Notes: generated from the sequence alone by a model not told the origin. Shown: positions 12,805 to 26,630, numbered from the stretch's first letter. The stretch: 64,000 bases of DNA from Amphiscolops sp. MND2022 (GCA_964187785.1 OZ076418.1:34596001-34660000), one strand, 5' to 3'. Made by a program: numbers and translations.

Positions 12805-14499
12805 AAAATATTTAAATCAAACGTTTTTTTTAACAAAATTTGCCAAGAATTATTGTTTACGTAATATGAAGAAGTACATTCACAGAATTCAACTGACATA
12901 AATTTAGTTCCATGCGATATGTATTTGTAAAGATTTTTGGACTTGAAACGATTTTGTTGCTCAAATGATTTGGGGCGGAAAATATCCCGCTGATCCGCTG
13001 GCGTCTTGTTGAAAAAAAATACTGTATTTCCTGCTTAAAATACTTTAAAAAATACATTATTTCAAGAGGCAGTGTATACAATATAAGTTATTTAAAACGT
13101 AATTAAAGGGTAAAGGGGTGATTATGGGAACGTATTATGTAAAACGGAAAACATTTTGTTCCATATTGTGGTCGGTCTATTTCATCTTCGTACCTTTGGA
13201 AAAGAAAATATATGACTTTTTGATTGTTTTTTATGAAACTTTATTTATCATTTTTCTCGGTAGGGTGTTCCACAAGGGGTTGTCAAGGGAGTTTTGAATT
13301 TGAAACAGACTTAGTTTTCAAAATCTAAAATTTAGCGCTCATTAGAGAAAATTTTCAGTTGGCTCTATCGGTGACTTTAGAAAACGACAAGAATTTTTGG
13401 CCAAAATTGGTAGTTTTTGTATTTTTCTTATTTTCACGCCATATTAGGTAATTATAAACAAAACCTGAATTATTTCACGTTGTTTTAATCGGATGCACGC
13501 TAAAATTTGATTGAGCACAAGTTCGCGCGATTACACGATTTCAGGCAGCGTGAATATCTGCGGAGCTTAGATACCACTATTTCGAACGTAAAAAATGAAA
13601 GCTTATTTCTGAATTCAAAATGGGAAAAATGTAGAGAGTTTCACCCCAAAAAGACGTTTATCCAAGAAAAAATTTTTTGGAACGCTGCTTTGGTAATTGA
13701 ACATAAATGGTCGGAATAATAGTCAGAATTCAAGTCAGCAATCCATGCGTTTCAAATGCAATTGGAAAATTTTGTGAAAAACCCCCAGAAATGTTTGACT
13801 CCAGCCCTGAAAGAAGAAAGTCTTGAGACAAAAACTCTTGACTTCATTTTCGGCCCACGCTATGACACCATTGATCTAAACTTGACCCCAAACAAAAAAT
13901 AACTGATCCAAACTTCACACCGTTCAAATAACACTGACCCAAACTCGGCCCATTTGCCCAAAAAACTGATGAAGGAAGTAATGAGCGAAAATGTTGAAAC
14001 ACATTGTTTCTAGACCAACCACTGTGGAAACCCAATTTGAAAACAAGACGTGGGTGAGCTGAGCTACGGAATATTTTCCGCATTTAATAATTTCAGCGAA
14101 AATTTATGTCAATTATGGTTTTTGTGAAGCCTACTCGAGACTGCTGGGATGTTTTACATGCTGCAGGTCTGCATGCAGGATGATTTTGTGTAAAACATTT
14201 AAGTTGAAATAGCAATTGAAAATATTTCTTTCCTTTCAACAGGATCATTTTACGGTCGGCTCTTTTCTGGAGAAAGGTGTCGAGTATAGTCATGGTCGGT
14301 GTTTTTTTCATGCTTTGATTTCTCAACTATTCATCCAACGTAGTCAGCACTTCTCTAATAGCATATTGATCATGATGCTAGTTTGTTATTCACTCTGTGA
14401 CAGAAATTTATTTTGCCTTGAAATGCCCGTAAAAATGATAACATCTTAGATCCATTTAAAAATAGAACTGTTTCTCTATGAAACCTGGAAAAGTTCAAG

Positions 14500-15000
14500 G
14501 CTTAAAGATGCCGCTAAATTAAGGATGCTTCCTTCAAGTAGCTTGATAAAATAGTCGAAATAGTAGATAAAAAATGTCGAAACGAACAGGGAAACATTTT
14601 GGGATGAAACTTTCCGGAAGAGTTTGAGAAAATTTTTTGAAAGTTGGTGGCAACTTTAATAATGAACATGCAAAAAGTGCAAAGAGTTTCAACAAGGGAA
14701 GCCAATACATTGAAAAATTTTTACCACAAAGTTTTTTAAAGCAACTTGTCATTTTTAGTGTTTTGTCGTTCATTTTGTTGGACCTTTTTAATATAGCTAA
14801 TGGTTTTGCCGTTAATCGCTATGTATTTTCACAACCACCAACGATTTCAAAATTTCAAAAGAATAAAACGGACAGAATTTTCCGTGAAACATTTTGTTTT
14901 ACGACGAAGTTTTTTCAAATATCTTCGCAAGTAGACATGATACTAAGCTAATTGTTTCGTCATTGAAGTTGGCGGAACCTCTATTACTTTTTTATAAACT
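14500..15000 (+). pseudogene. Possible degraded integrase relic (Polinton/Ginger-like C-terminal region)
   Basis: Fragmentary motifs only (GSQYIEKF, YDEVFSNI, EPLLLFY) across frames. Tentative. Confidence 0.2.
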
Positions 15001-15019
15001 TGGAACCTAGCGAATTAAA

Positions 15020-15490
15020 GAAAGCAAGACGGGAACGTCCCAAGTCGGCGCCATATCTAACGCTCAAAAATATTCAAGGAACAACTTTTGGAAACATTTG
15101 GATTTTTTTTTCAAAAAAAATATTGGGGTAAAAACGTCGCACAATGCCGAAAAACCCAAAAAGAGGTCATTTAGGTTTATTAAACGTTTTTTTAAACCTT
15201 AAACATCAAAAAAATGCAAGGGGGTACCCTTTGATAAAATTCGAAAATTTTCGAAAAAAGTCGCATAGTGCCGAAAAATACCCAAAGGGGGGACCATTTG
15301 GTCTCACTTGTACTTTTGGAAGCATAAAAAAATTTATGGTTTAGTGCGGGAATCGAACCCACGCTCTCCGGGTTCAGAAAATTGGTCGAAGTTGAACAAA
15401 TGAACAAATTGTAAAAAGTGGACCACTCAGAGTGAGATTGCCAACTGAAAAAAAGAAAAAAACTACTCACTGTAATAGTCGGGCTTTTTT
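15020..15490 (+). repeat. Abundant interspersed repeat (core CCCAAGTCGGCGCCATATCTA); other copies at ~2340-2790, ~17890-18490 minus, ~43460-44130
   Basis: Shared motifs GTCGGCGCCATATCTA, GGGGACCCTTTG and TACCCACTGTAATAGTCGGG across copies. Confidence 0.7.
15345..15385 (-). other. tRNA-like T-arm/B-box fragment embedded in a repeat
   Basis: Minus strand reads GCGTGGGTTCGATTCCCGCA (GGTTCGATTCC B-box with stem). No complete cloverleaf. Confidence 0.3.
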
Positions 15491-16185
15491 TTTCCTTTTT
15501 TTTTCTTTCGACCGAGATTGGCTTTTTTGAATGGTAGATGGGCGGAAAGTGATAAGCAACAAAAAATTGATATGATCATTATCAGTCCCATATCACGTAT
15601 AGAGCTGGCTATAGAATGTAGCACTTTGTAAAATACCTTTGTGCTAAAATATAATTTTTTTTGAAAAACTTTTTTTCGAAAAAAGTTTCACTTTTTAGTC
15701 AAAAACTGAAATTTGTAAAGACAGTTTTGAAAAGTCACAGCACCACAAGAGGATTTAGAAAAGGTATTAAACGGCCCAGCGAAAATGGCTTATCGAGAAA
15801 AAAATTCCGTATCGAGTTTTGTTTGAAAAAGTCAACGTTATAAATTTTCTAAACCTGTGATTTCTAAGATTTGTAGCTCTCTGATTAAACACTAGGGTAC
15901 CGAAAAGCTAAAGACACTCAAATTTGCTGACAAAAAACTTGAAATTGCAATAAAATTATTTCATAATCACGTGACACAAAAGTATCAGGAGCCAAACTTT
16001 TTTGATTGAGAATTATAGGGGTAATTCTCGTTTCAAAACCAAACAAAGTTACAAAAATTATAACACGTGGCTGATTTTTGACTTTTGGTTTTTTCTGAAG
16101 CGTATCACGGATTATCTCGAAAACCGAGATATTGTTCGTAACGAAAAATCCTTGCTGCAAACTTTGTACCTCTGATTCAGATATC

Positions 16186-17545
16186 CAGGGTTGTTACTGT
16201 TAATAACACGATGTTAATAACATGTGTTAATAACATGTTAATAACATGTGAAAAACTAGGACTTTGTTAAAAACTGTTTTTGTTTGCAAGTGTTGAAATA
16301 TTTGTTCATACTTTATGTTTCTATTTCAGATATAATGCCTGGAGGCCGTAAACGCACCCCTATATGGAACTTCTTTTCCCAAGTTAGTGGAAGGGCAAAA
16401 TGCAATGATTGTAATTATTCTTGTTCGATGGATGCTAAAAGAATGCAAAAGCACCGACTTGAATTCCACAGCGAGGAGTCCTCTATCTTAGATCCTATAT
16501 CAGATGAATCGCAAGATGATCAACCGAGATTCGCACCGAAACAAGCAAAAATGGATGCTTTTACCATTGCAACATCGAAGGCGGACAAAGAAAAATTTGA
16601 CATATCCCTTGCTAAAGCTTGGTTTGCCTGTAATTTTCCGTTTATGTCTATCGAAAATAAATGGGTAAAAGAACATTACAAAGAACTTCGACCACCTTAC
16701 CCACACGTCAAAAGCTTTTTGGGCCTCTGCTTGATGCCGTGCATGAAGAAATGACCACTAAGGCGTGCGAGTTTTTATCTGGCGCCAAAGTGACCCTTTC
16801 GGTGGATGCTTGGTCAGACGTTAACAATTCGCCCGTTCTTGCATCATCAACAATTCTAAAAATGTCAGAAAAACCATCAAAGACGGAGCAATTTTTAATG
16901 AAGTATCGAACTACATTGACTTCCTTGCTCCAGTGAGTGAAGCAATTGATAAAATGCAATCTGACAAAGCTACTGTTGCTGATGGCACAGAAATTTGGAA
17001 AAATTTGACGGAGCAGTTTCGCAGTGGTGCTAAAAGAGAGTGGCTTGAGAAAGCAGAGAACCGCTATCATAAAGCTCTCACGGGGCCATGGTTGGGTTAA
17101 AGTCAAGTTTCCATTGTCACATGGTGCCGTGTTTGAGTTTATCGGGGAGGATAGAGATGCAATCAAGCAAAAGTTTGAAGGGATGGAGGGTGTTGACCCC
17201 TTGAAGTTTATGAGGAGCCAGATAGCTCTTGGGAAATTATCATCAAAATTGAGTGATGTCCTGATGATTTTGCACGTCCTTGTCCCGTCAAGTGCAGGAA
17301 TTGAACGGGTGTTTTCAACCATGGGGCATATTCACTCAGACAAGCGAAATCGGCTTTCAGCCGAAAAAACTACTAAGCTTACTTTTATAAATAAGCTTTT
17401 GAACCAAAATTTCGAATAATTCATTTTTGGCTCAGTATTTTTTATTTTGAGTTTTTCACAAGATGCCGAATTTTTCACGCCTAATTATGTTAATAACATG
17501 TTAATAACAAAATTTTGAGTTTTCAACACAAATATAACAACCCTG
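16186..17545 (+). mobile_element. Internally deleted hAT DNA transposon (1360 bp)
   Basis: 11-bp TIR CAGGGTTGTTA/TAACAACCCTG. 8-bp TSD CAGATATC (16178-85, 17546-53). Subterminal TGTTAATAACA x4 on the left and x2 on the right. Confidence 0.95.
16335..17419 (+). pseudogene. Deleted/frameshifted hAT transposase
   Basis: BED finger (IWNFF..AKCNDC..MQKH....H), first catalytic Asp region TLSVDAWSD, C-terminal dimerisation motif PSSAGIERVFSTMGHIHSDKRNRL. Confidence 0.9.
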
Positions 17546-20279
17546 CAGATATCTATTTTTTCATTTTTTTTCTGAAAGCGCCCTCATGAATATACACAGC
17601 AAAGTGGTCACAAAATGCGAAACCTTCAATCTTTACTCCCTAAAATTATTGTCTTGAAGGAATAACAACTGTTTTTCGCTACAAAATTAATCCAGGGAGG
17701 ATTTCATACTGACCAGTAGTTAGAGATAATGCGTAAAAAAATTTCCAAAACTCTTCAAAATACCATGTGTTATAACTTTTGAAATCAAATTTTGAAATGA
17801 AAAATTGGTTAAAATTCCTATCAAAAACTGACTGAGATTTTATTGTAAAATGAATGAAATTAAAGATATTGCGCTTTGAATGTTTTCGTTAGTCAAATCG
17901 AGTGTTTTCAGCTTTTTAGTCGGCGTTTCATGAAGTGAAACACGACTATTATAGTGACTGTTTTTTTCAATCCACACGAACTGACCAAAATGGTTCTCAA
18001 AAATTCTACGAAATTTTATGGTCCCAAATTGAATCATTCGGCCTAGCGAACTGAACCAAAAAGGTTTTTCTTCTTTTTCCGCGTAACATACAATACCGGG
18101 AGAGACTAAAGAGTCCCCACTTTCAGTCTTTTCGGCGTTGTGAGACTTTTTTCAAAATATTTTTCTGCCAAAGTGTCCCCCCTTCAATTTTTTTGATGTT
18201 TTACGGCAGCATAGATGTTGAAAAAACTCAAAGGGTCCCCCTTTCAGTTTTTTCGGCATTGTGAGATTTTTTTTCAAAATTTTTTAATCCAAAGGGTCCC
18301 CCCTTCAATTTTTTTGATATTTGACAACAATGGATGTTAAAAAATCCGAAAGGGTCCCCGTGTGCCAATTCGGCACAACTTTCGTACTTTAAAAGAAAAC
18401 TTCACACTTTCAGGTACTGCAAAAGAATACTTGACACTTTGACGTCCTTTTCCTATTTTTGAGCCGTAGATATGGCGCCGACTTATGCCAATCCCGGCTT
18501 GTTGGCATCCTATTAATGCTCAAACTACAAAATCTGTTCCCTACGGATCGCAGCCTTGACAGGCCAAAAATGTCTGATCTACCTCTGGGTGGACACGAAC
18601 AATTTTGTAGGCGCATTTTTCTCTGAAAACTTATTCGAAAATCAGGAATATCATAAAATTGACATAACTTACATGCCATATTATGTACATCAGAATATAC
18701 CGGATTATTAGTGACACCAACGACTTTTCATGTCTTCTTGCATTGGGTATACGATGCGTACTTCAAAGATAGTTTCAAAACTTGAGGCAAGGCTGCTACG
18801 GACTCATGTTTTTGTTTTATGGAAGTTATTCAAAAATCCTTCAGCCTGCGTCGAGTGTTGGGCGATCCAAAGACTACCAAGTGCGATTGATTTTGGTTAA
18901 CCCGAATTTTTGGAATTCCTAAACTTTTTTCCCAAAAAACAAATTTTTAGATGTTTCGGTGTGTCAAGATTTATCTATGAAGAATTGACGAAACATAATA
19001 TTCTCGGTACACCAAACCCAAAAAGTTGCTTCCAGCATGTTGCAATTTCGTTTCAGTCGTAAAACGTCAAATAGGAAAGACTTTTGAAAGTATGGCTATG
19101 TTCGCCAATAAAAACAAGCTCTCTGCTTATACTTATAGGTGTATACTTATAAACCTCCCCTTATGAATCATAACTTGAAGAACCCATGAACAAAAGCATA
19201 GAAACTTTGAAAATTCGAGAGAAAAAAAATTAGATTTTTTTGACAGATTTCTTTTGTTCTTATTTTCCTATTCAACTATGGAGAACATAATTCAGCCTTA
19301 ATTGAAAGGAACTGTCAATCATTGAGCTGATACGGATCACCGCTGGAATATTAGGTTGTCCAGAAGCCAACAACAGATTTTTGGAGTGCTCTGGCAACAA
19401 AAGATGTCCGGAAAAGGAATCCGTAGAAAATTATACTTGAATAGCTGTGGTTTCGATTCGTCGATCAAATGAGATAATCAATTAAAGTCGGGGAATTTAC
19501 CTTTAACATAACAGAAAAATGTTTTCCCATATTAATGTACGTAAAATTACATTAATGCACGAACAATTTCCAGAAACAGCTTTTTGACATAGCAAGCATA
19601 AAATGCTCACAACTCGCGTAAAGTAATTTTCAATAACTCAACATTGTGAAATCTTTTTGCAAAAACACGATTTCAAACAGTGTGTATTGGTGTTAATGAG
19701 TTTTCACATTTGAAAACAAATCCAGGTTCAGTGAAACCATGGAAACAATTAACAAGGAAACATCTCGGAAATGTCTGTCAATTCTTTATACTAGATTTTG
19801 AAAGAAACATTGACTCTAAAAACCATAATTAGTGTCATTATTAACCCTTGATTGTGAAACAAAACATTCCTCTGAAAAGTGGAGTGACATGAAATCAGAG
19901 TAATCTCCCAGTTTTAAGAGCAACAATGAACTGAATTAATGTTGTTGATAAACAAATACACAAAACTGTTGGTAATTTTAGTTTATTACAGAACTGCCTG
20001 CTACACTCTATCTATCATGTCACCATAGATAACATTTAGCAGGAAATAGACAGCTCTTTAACGACTTGATTCTCACTCTTTTGAATTGAGATGTTCTAAA
20101 TTGGGATTACTTCATGACTAGGAAAACTAATTTTCGGCCAAAGTTTGCGTTTGCGGCGGCAAAAATCTTACTGGTTTTAGCGGCAAAAAACGGCATTTTT
20201 GGCAAAAAAATAGCTCGAATATCTTACAAAGTAGAATTATACTTGATGCAAATAAGCTTATTTACAGTTGCCTGGAGAA

Positions 20280-20421
20280 TGTTTGGACGATCAATTATGA
20301 ACACCTATAGCACAGAAAACAGTCTTTCTACATCCATAGAAGTTCTTAAGCGTAGCTATGTAAGCATAAACGCAACTGAAATGAGGCAAGCACAAGTTTT
20401 GAGTAGTTACCAGCTGCCACA
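20280..20421 (-). mobile_element. Candidate LTR (minus strand) of a truncated Gypsy element
   Basis: Minus strand starts TGTGGCAG and ends CCAAACA. It lies on the expected side of the accessory-gene homology block. No PPT or TSD visible. Confidence 0.4.
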
Positions 20422-20639
20422 GTGATGGATTAACAGCTTAAATTTGATTGAGAAAATTTTGGTACATACCGTGAGTAAAAATAAATCCAAAGGATGCTTC
20501 CATCGCTCTTAGAATGGTTAATAATAACTTTTTATTGTTAACAGGGGCAGCAGCTCAGCCGGCTGGCGCGCTGCTCTAGTGATCACTATATACTTGTAGC
20601 GAATTTGTTTTCAATTTGACGCCTGAATATGTATCACAA

Positions 20640-21420
20640 TAAGTACGGTTTTTGGCTGGCGTAGACGTTGTAACGGCAAGCTCTGGTACAGCAATATCAA
20701 CCGATTTTGCAACTTTGGCATGTTCAGAAATTTTGTCAAAAATTCTAATCCGATGTGTGACGTGGTACTGAGCATGTGATTGCTCTTTTCGCTGTTTCTA
20801 CGAAATTGGCAGGTAATTCGACAACAAAGAGCAAGAACGAGCACAAACACGGGCGCGCCGCCATGACAGAAGCCAGAGATGGCAAGAACATCCGAAGATA
20901 GACTCTTTTCGAGGTGCTAACCCCGGTTTTATCGATTTTCAGCATTATGCTACCCTATGTAGCGGAAACCGTAAAAATGAGTCTTTTCGCCTAAAGATCC
21001 TTGTTTGGTGTTTGGAGCCCCTGCGCCCCAGCTTGTAGCTGTGTGGTTTGCCATATTCGTGCCTGTTTTCATGTATTTTCAGTGGTTTTAGCTGTATTTA
21101 CTAGCGCTAGCGCTACTTTAGATCTTATTCGCCAATTTTAGATCTTATCCCCATGTCACCCTGGAACTGGAGATTTACCTTATTCTTGGCATTGTTTTTA
21201 TATGCTAGTTAAGCGGTGGTCTTTAGAGAGCGAGAAAGATGCCCGTTACTATTAGCAATCAAAGACTAGGACCGGTTGGACAGTATTCGTCGAAGCACCC
21301 GCGGCCCCGGGACGTATTTCACCCCTGGAGGCAAAACGGATCTGTGGCGATGGGCGCCTGTCCCGAGCGATTCACCCATTTCTGCAGGTTCCTCCACCTC
21401 TGTTAACGCGTTAAGCGACC
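20640..21420 (+). pseudogene. Relic of a retrotransposon-borne accessory gene, homologous to 50960-51800 (minus)
   Basis: Shared peptide blocks CNG(K/S)LWYS and DW.R..SI...GG...L..W..VP, plus ~330 bp of nucleotide similarity (20895-21230 vs 51185-51510 reverse complement). Confidence 0.55.
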
Positions 21421-22511
21421 GATAACAGCTTGCCGTCACACGTTTTCGGCAGGCTAAGGGCGTTTTCGGCAATTTCGGTATTTTTCGGCTCAGCCGAAAA
21501 TAAGTTTTCCTACTAATGAAGCAATTAACTTATGTTAATTAGGTTGTTTTATTGAGAAACAAAAAACTATCCAGAGGTGAACGAAGTTTCGATGGAATAG
21601 AAACACTGAACACTGGAAAGACGAACAACCTCACACTTGCAAACGACACAACGACAAGATCGGTAAAACCGACATGTGCCCAAAAACTGTCACTTCTGAC
21701 TTTAGCAAATAACAATCACACCATCGCAAAACTTTTAAAACTGTAGTGGAGGAAATTCGTTCAATGCATCAAAATGAGCCGTGATTTGGACCTATCGAAG
21801 ATGACCTTCAACGAAGTTTTTCCAAAAAACAGAGATCAGCTCGAATTTCCTGATCTAAATCCCACGTATCAATGACCTTTTCTGCCAACCACTACAAATC
21901 TACTACTCTGCTACTCGTATTTCATTTCCCTGTTTCGAAGCGTAGAAACTATGAAGCTTCCTTCTTTGATCTTTTTTTGGGGAAACTTGTTTATCGTACT
22001 TAAATATTGCTCGTATACTGACCAACCATGGCAACTCATAGAAACATGGTCTTGTTTTATGCAAAGCAAAAATTCCAGAATTTGGAAACTTTTAATTTTT
22101 TGGATTTTCTGACTGCTAATTTTTCTTGAAACCCATTGCCTTCTTTAAAATAGCTTGTTTTGAGTATCCTTATTGTAATATTGAGAGTTTCTCGGCACGA
22201 GGTAATTTGAAATCGCATCGTAAACACCATTACAGAGCAAATAAAACAGTTTTGAATCACTAGTTTTGAGTTGTTTGGATTAAAATATTGAATGCTCTCG
22301 TTAGACCCACCGAAGTGGCTCTGAGTAAAAAGCCCATGGCGACGGATTGCCATCTATGAGGTGTCAACCCAGGTCATAAATTTTGACTAATTCGCGAATA
22401 TCGGATGTTCAAAACTGTTCTATACACATTGCTGCTATTTGTCGAGTAACATATCAAAGAGTATAACCGAAAGTAAAAATGAATTAAATTTTGTGTTTGT
22501 TTTAGTTCGTC

Positions 22512-23102
22512 GTGGTGCTTCTTGTAATGATGGTCATCCTGTTTCCTTTGTTATGTCGATACACAATACGGATGTTTCGAAAATGCGCCAATTTCTGGGA
22601 AGAAATTCGGGGTTCACCCAAAAGCCACATTGTTGAGCATTTCTCGCCTCTAGTAGACTTCAAAAGTGACAAAAGGTCTCGAAAAGCTACTGCCTTCTGG
22701 TCGCAAGATGCCCACCAATCAAAATCGAGAGACGGGAAAAAATATAAAGCGAATATTGACTTCAGTCCTGACCAATCACAAGCCAAAGAATTGACACCGG
22801 ACCAGTTTGCACAGATGTTGCGACCAGCGGCTCTGGCTACGTTTTTATCATCATATTCTCCTTCCAGCAAAAAACCAAACCCGCCTCCCCCGGAAATTCT
22901 GTCACATCAGGCAATCCAGTTTTCTCCGGTTTTGGTCGAAGCGCTTTTTTCAAACATGAACCAATCGTCAAACGTAGCTCCATCGTCTTCAAGTTCCAAT
23001 AGCAATCCAACGACGAGTAGCAGGGACCATCAAAAGTTCACATCCAATTTTTTTTCCGAAAAAAACTCCATATTTCATCAAAATGGTAGTATTATTTTGT
23101 GA
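22512..23102 (+). CDS. Orphan ORF (196 aa; likely start MFRKCANFWEEIR), Ser/Pro-rich C-terminal half
   Basis: Long ORF for an AT-rich background. No recognisable domain. Probably part of a decayed mobile element. Confidence 0.3.
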   Translation: MVLLVMMVILFPLLCRYTIRMFRKCANFWEEIRGSPKSHIVEHFSPLVDFKSDKRSRKATAFWSQDAHQSKSRDGKKYKANIDFSPDQSQAKELTPDQFAQMLRPAALATFLSSYSPSSKKPNPPPPEILSHQAIQFSPVLVEALFSNMNQSSNVAPSSSSSNSNPTTSSRDHQKFTSNFFSEKNSIFHQNGSIIL

Positions 23103-23449
23103 GAGTTTGTAAAGATCTTTTCGCGGAGTTCAATGACTCAGAAACATCTCAGAAGAATCTTACAAAGGTTGTTTAAAAGAAGCAACCAGTTGTTAGAAAC
23201 TGTCCCAATTTTTGTTGATGATTCGGAAAATCTTTAAAAAATAAACTTTGAAATTTCTTCTCAATTTCATCCTGATAAATAAACCCGGGCCAACAATTGT
23301 GAAGAGTTGAACGTTTTTTTTAAGAAAATGATTTTCCGATGATCAACTTTGTAGCTTTTCAACTTTCGAACAAAAATGGACACTTTTGGAGAAATAAAAT
23401 CCGATTCCGATTGAATAAGTTTTGATGATCTCTGCCCGACAGCTCAAAG

Positions 23450-26400
23450 AAACAGGAAAATGACGTCACTAGCAAACCCAGCAGTAGCAGTAGATCTACC
23501 GCCGGGACTGTAAAGGAACGAATGGTCGGGATAACAGTCGTGAATGAAAAAAGTAAACATAAACAAAAACAGAAACAACATCAACAAAAACCACCACCAT
23601 TAACAACAACAGTATGCAGAAGTGTTAATTCCAGTGCTAACCATCCAGACACCTTTCCAGACCAGTCATCCACACCCTCGCCTGTGGGAACAAATGGGGT
23701 GTACTCAAACTGTTTCGTGTCCCCCACTGCTGATTCTATCATCATATCTTCCCCGCCCTCCAGGAAAAACATCTACACCAAAAACCACACCCTAAGCTCC
23801 ACTGGTGCTATTCACCCCAAACATCATAGTACAGGACACCCATCTCATCAACAGGTGAGATTATATCCCCGGATGGTTGATTGAGAAAACTGCAATATTG
23901 CAATTTTTTTGCAGGGATCCTGGGAGGTATGTAAGGATTTTGTTGGAGGATTCAGTCCAGGTTTTCAAGGGCAATACATTATTTTACAGCATTTTGTAAG
24001 ATTCTTGCGAGAATAGCATTGGTTATCAACCAGGTCAGACATGTTTCAAACTCTTATCGGGTATATAGAGGATAAAGGTTGTCCTGAAGTGGCATCATAA
24101 CTTTGTCAAATGTGGACCAACACAATTTTGACTTAATAAGTCAACAAATTTTTGGAGATTTTTCACTAATTCTTATTGGAGTCTGAAAAAACTGAATGTG
24201 GAATCCGCTAGCATTTGCTGTGCAGGAAGTGAAATGATCACGCAGAAGGCACTAAAAAGACATTTTTATGTATCTGTTTCAATAATTTTTAAAGGTTGTG
24301 GAATCCACTAAATCCACTGAAATGGATACATCAAAAGGTGTTTAAAAAGCCATTTACGACTAAAATAGACCTGCTGCAATGCTTGGAGATATTCAAATCA
24401 ATTTGGTAACTGAAGTAATGCTCGAATCCACGGTCTGAGATTATCTTCTTCTTGTTTCTCGAATAGGCGTTCATCAATATCGGTAGTGTTCAAAGTTAAT
24501 CTTTCCATGGGATTAATTTTTTTGTTGCTAATCTCTAACGAAGCGTGTGGTTGAATGGTGACCGCAGTTGATTCGTGAAGCTTTTTTTAGTAGTTCGAAT
24601 GCCATTTTATGTTATTTAGTCCAAAATCAGGGTTTTCCTTCTTCAGTAACTACTTGAGAACTCCTGTCTGTTCTTGATGGAAGTTTTTCAGTATACATTG
24701 ACAAGTTTTGATTTGCTAATGAAAATGAATTCAACTCTTTCTCATTGGTTCTTGATATCAAGTTTTTCTTTCACTGCCTCCGGTTTATTTTGAAGCTAGC
24801 GATTTTTTATGTCCAGTTTTTGACCGATGTATTCCTCTATCTGAAAATTTTTCACCTAGTCCTTCTGATTATATCTGAGGTTTTGTTTCTGTTAGATCCT
24901 ATTTCGGTCTTCTGTTGTTTTTTCGGTACGATTATGATGCCGCCTGATCAGGTAGGTTACCTGCCCAATGTTGCATTTATCTTTTCTTGAGAGATGGTGG
25001 CAATATTACCTAAACCATAAAAGCAATGAAGAATCTCCAAAAGGCAACGCTGGTACCGCAATGATACACAAGTCGTTTGCAGCATTGTAAATTTTGAGTT
25101 GACTGTATGTGTGAGTGAGGCTAAGCTAGAACTTTAGAAACTGATCTCTAAACAATTGAGAAAACTCTTTGGTTGTTGACAAATAGTATTGTGTCAAGCC
25201 ATAAAACAAAAGAGTTCATTTTCCATATGGTCTTGAATAGAATCAGTCAATTTACAATTGTCACAACATTTTTCATTCTTATAACTTAGCAGTTTAGAGA
25301 CATCTCTCGTCTTACTGGAAGTCATTTTTAACATGGCGCTGCGAGCAGATCAATCAGACTCGAGCGAGAAACAGCAACAGGCGAGGCGTCAGCATTGGAG
25401 GGCTTGCCAAGTTATTGGGATGTGGCAGAATGTCCTCCTAAAACAGACTGGGAGAAATGGTGGCATTTATTCGTGATGGCGGTAAACGCAAAGTATTCAA
25501 TCTGCGTTCCTGAATTAACAAGAACAGTAATTGAACAACAGCCACGGCAAGCGGCACTCATCAACAATCTGAATGAACAAGCAGCTGAAAGAAAGAGCGT
25601 CAGCATTTTATTTCTGTCACTGGGATCAGCAGGGAAGAAAAACCTCACAGACGTGTTCCCATACATGGTTGTAGCAGCAGCAGCGACATTGAAGGAAATG
25701 CAGGAAACTTGCGAACAGACGTTTTTGAAGCCGCGTAACAGAACACTCGACAGGTATAAATGCTTCGCACGTGAACAAAAACAGGGTGAATAGTTGAGGA
25801 ACTTTTGGAACGTTCTTACAGGGCTAAAAGCAAAGTCCGAATTCGGTGATCAGACTAATTGTCTGATTATGGAGCGTTCATACAGAATATGAGCAATAAA
25901 ATTGTGCAACAAGGAGGATCGGCCAGAAAGACAATTACTGGCAGAATGAGAAGAGTGAACACAACATAATTGGGACCAAAGCCCAAAAGCCGAAGCAAGA
26001 AACAACAATCAAAGAGACTAAAACGAACTTTAAACAAACTGCAGGTCAGACCTCTGCTAACCAAGTGTTACGGTGCTAAAACCATTTTATGTTTTGAGAA
26101 TACTAGCCTATAATTACTATTGTACATTTGATTACATTACTAACCGATTGTACATTTAACTATAGCCTAGCATTAAAAGGGGGATGTGAGAGAGGCTGAG
26201 CTAGAACTCTCGAAGCTGACCTCTAAACAATTGAAAAAACTGTTGGTTGTTGATAAATAGTATTGTATCAAGCCATAAAACAAAACAGTTCATTTACCAT
26301 ATTGTCTTGAATAGAATCAGTCAATTTACAATTGTCACAACATTCTTCATTCTTCTAACTTTAGCAGTTTAGAGGAATCTCTCGACTTACTGGAAGTCAT

Positions 26401-26620
26401 CGTTAATAGTATGTATGAACCAGTTTAATTTTCGAAAATCAGATTCCTCTGCATCTTCGTCTTGTTTTCGTCTGGAAATCCGTGACATTAGTTCCTCATT
26501 ATTCGGTTGTGTGCCTTTCTCGGTATGGTATTGTTGTTGCAGTTAGTGTCCGAGAATCAAAGTCAATTTTGAATGAATTGTCGTTCTTTACGGTAATCAC
26601 TGCATGAGTTACAAAACACA
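23450..26620 (-). pseudogene. pol: Old Gypsy pol relic (RT-RNase H, element D), interrupted by element B
   Basis: Minus strand across the empty site reads AVITVKNDNSFKIDFDSRTL...SKIKLVHTYSQLK...FYGLGNIATISQEKI..., the same RT family as 45812-46230. Confidence 0.75.
25110..26408 (+). mobile_element. Internally deleted Gypsy element B (1.3 kb, non-autonomous)
   Basis: 224-bp LTRs at 25110-25333 and 26185-26408. PBS TGGCGCTGCGAGCAG at 25334. PPT AAAAGGGGGA at 26175-84. TSD GTATG. A gag fragment (25395-25793) is fused directly to the 3' UTR. Confidence 0.92.
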
Positions 26621-26630
26621 GTTGTCAATT

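Larger units (their letters stand above)
20106..21525. mobile_element. TIR-bounded composite: MITE-like arms enclosing a Gypsy fragment
   Basis: Imperfect ~35-bp inverted termini (CTTCATGACTAGGAAAACTAATTTTCGGC vs GCCGAAAATAAGTTTTCCTACTAATGAAG) with TTTTCGGC subterminal repeats. No TSD identified. Confidence 0.6.

Noticed and set aside
15345-15385. tRNA gene
   Set aside because: Only a T-arm/B-box is present; no D-arm or acceptor stem partner.
19200-19920. Polinton capsid or other viral relic on the minus strand
   Set aside because: Vague coding-like composition only; no diagnostic motif survived manual translation.
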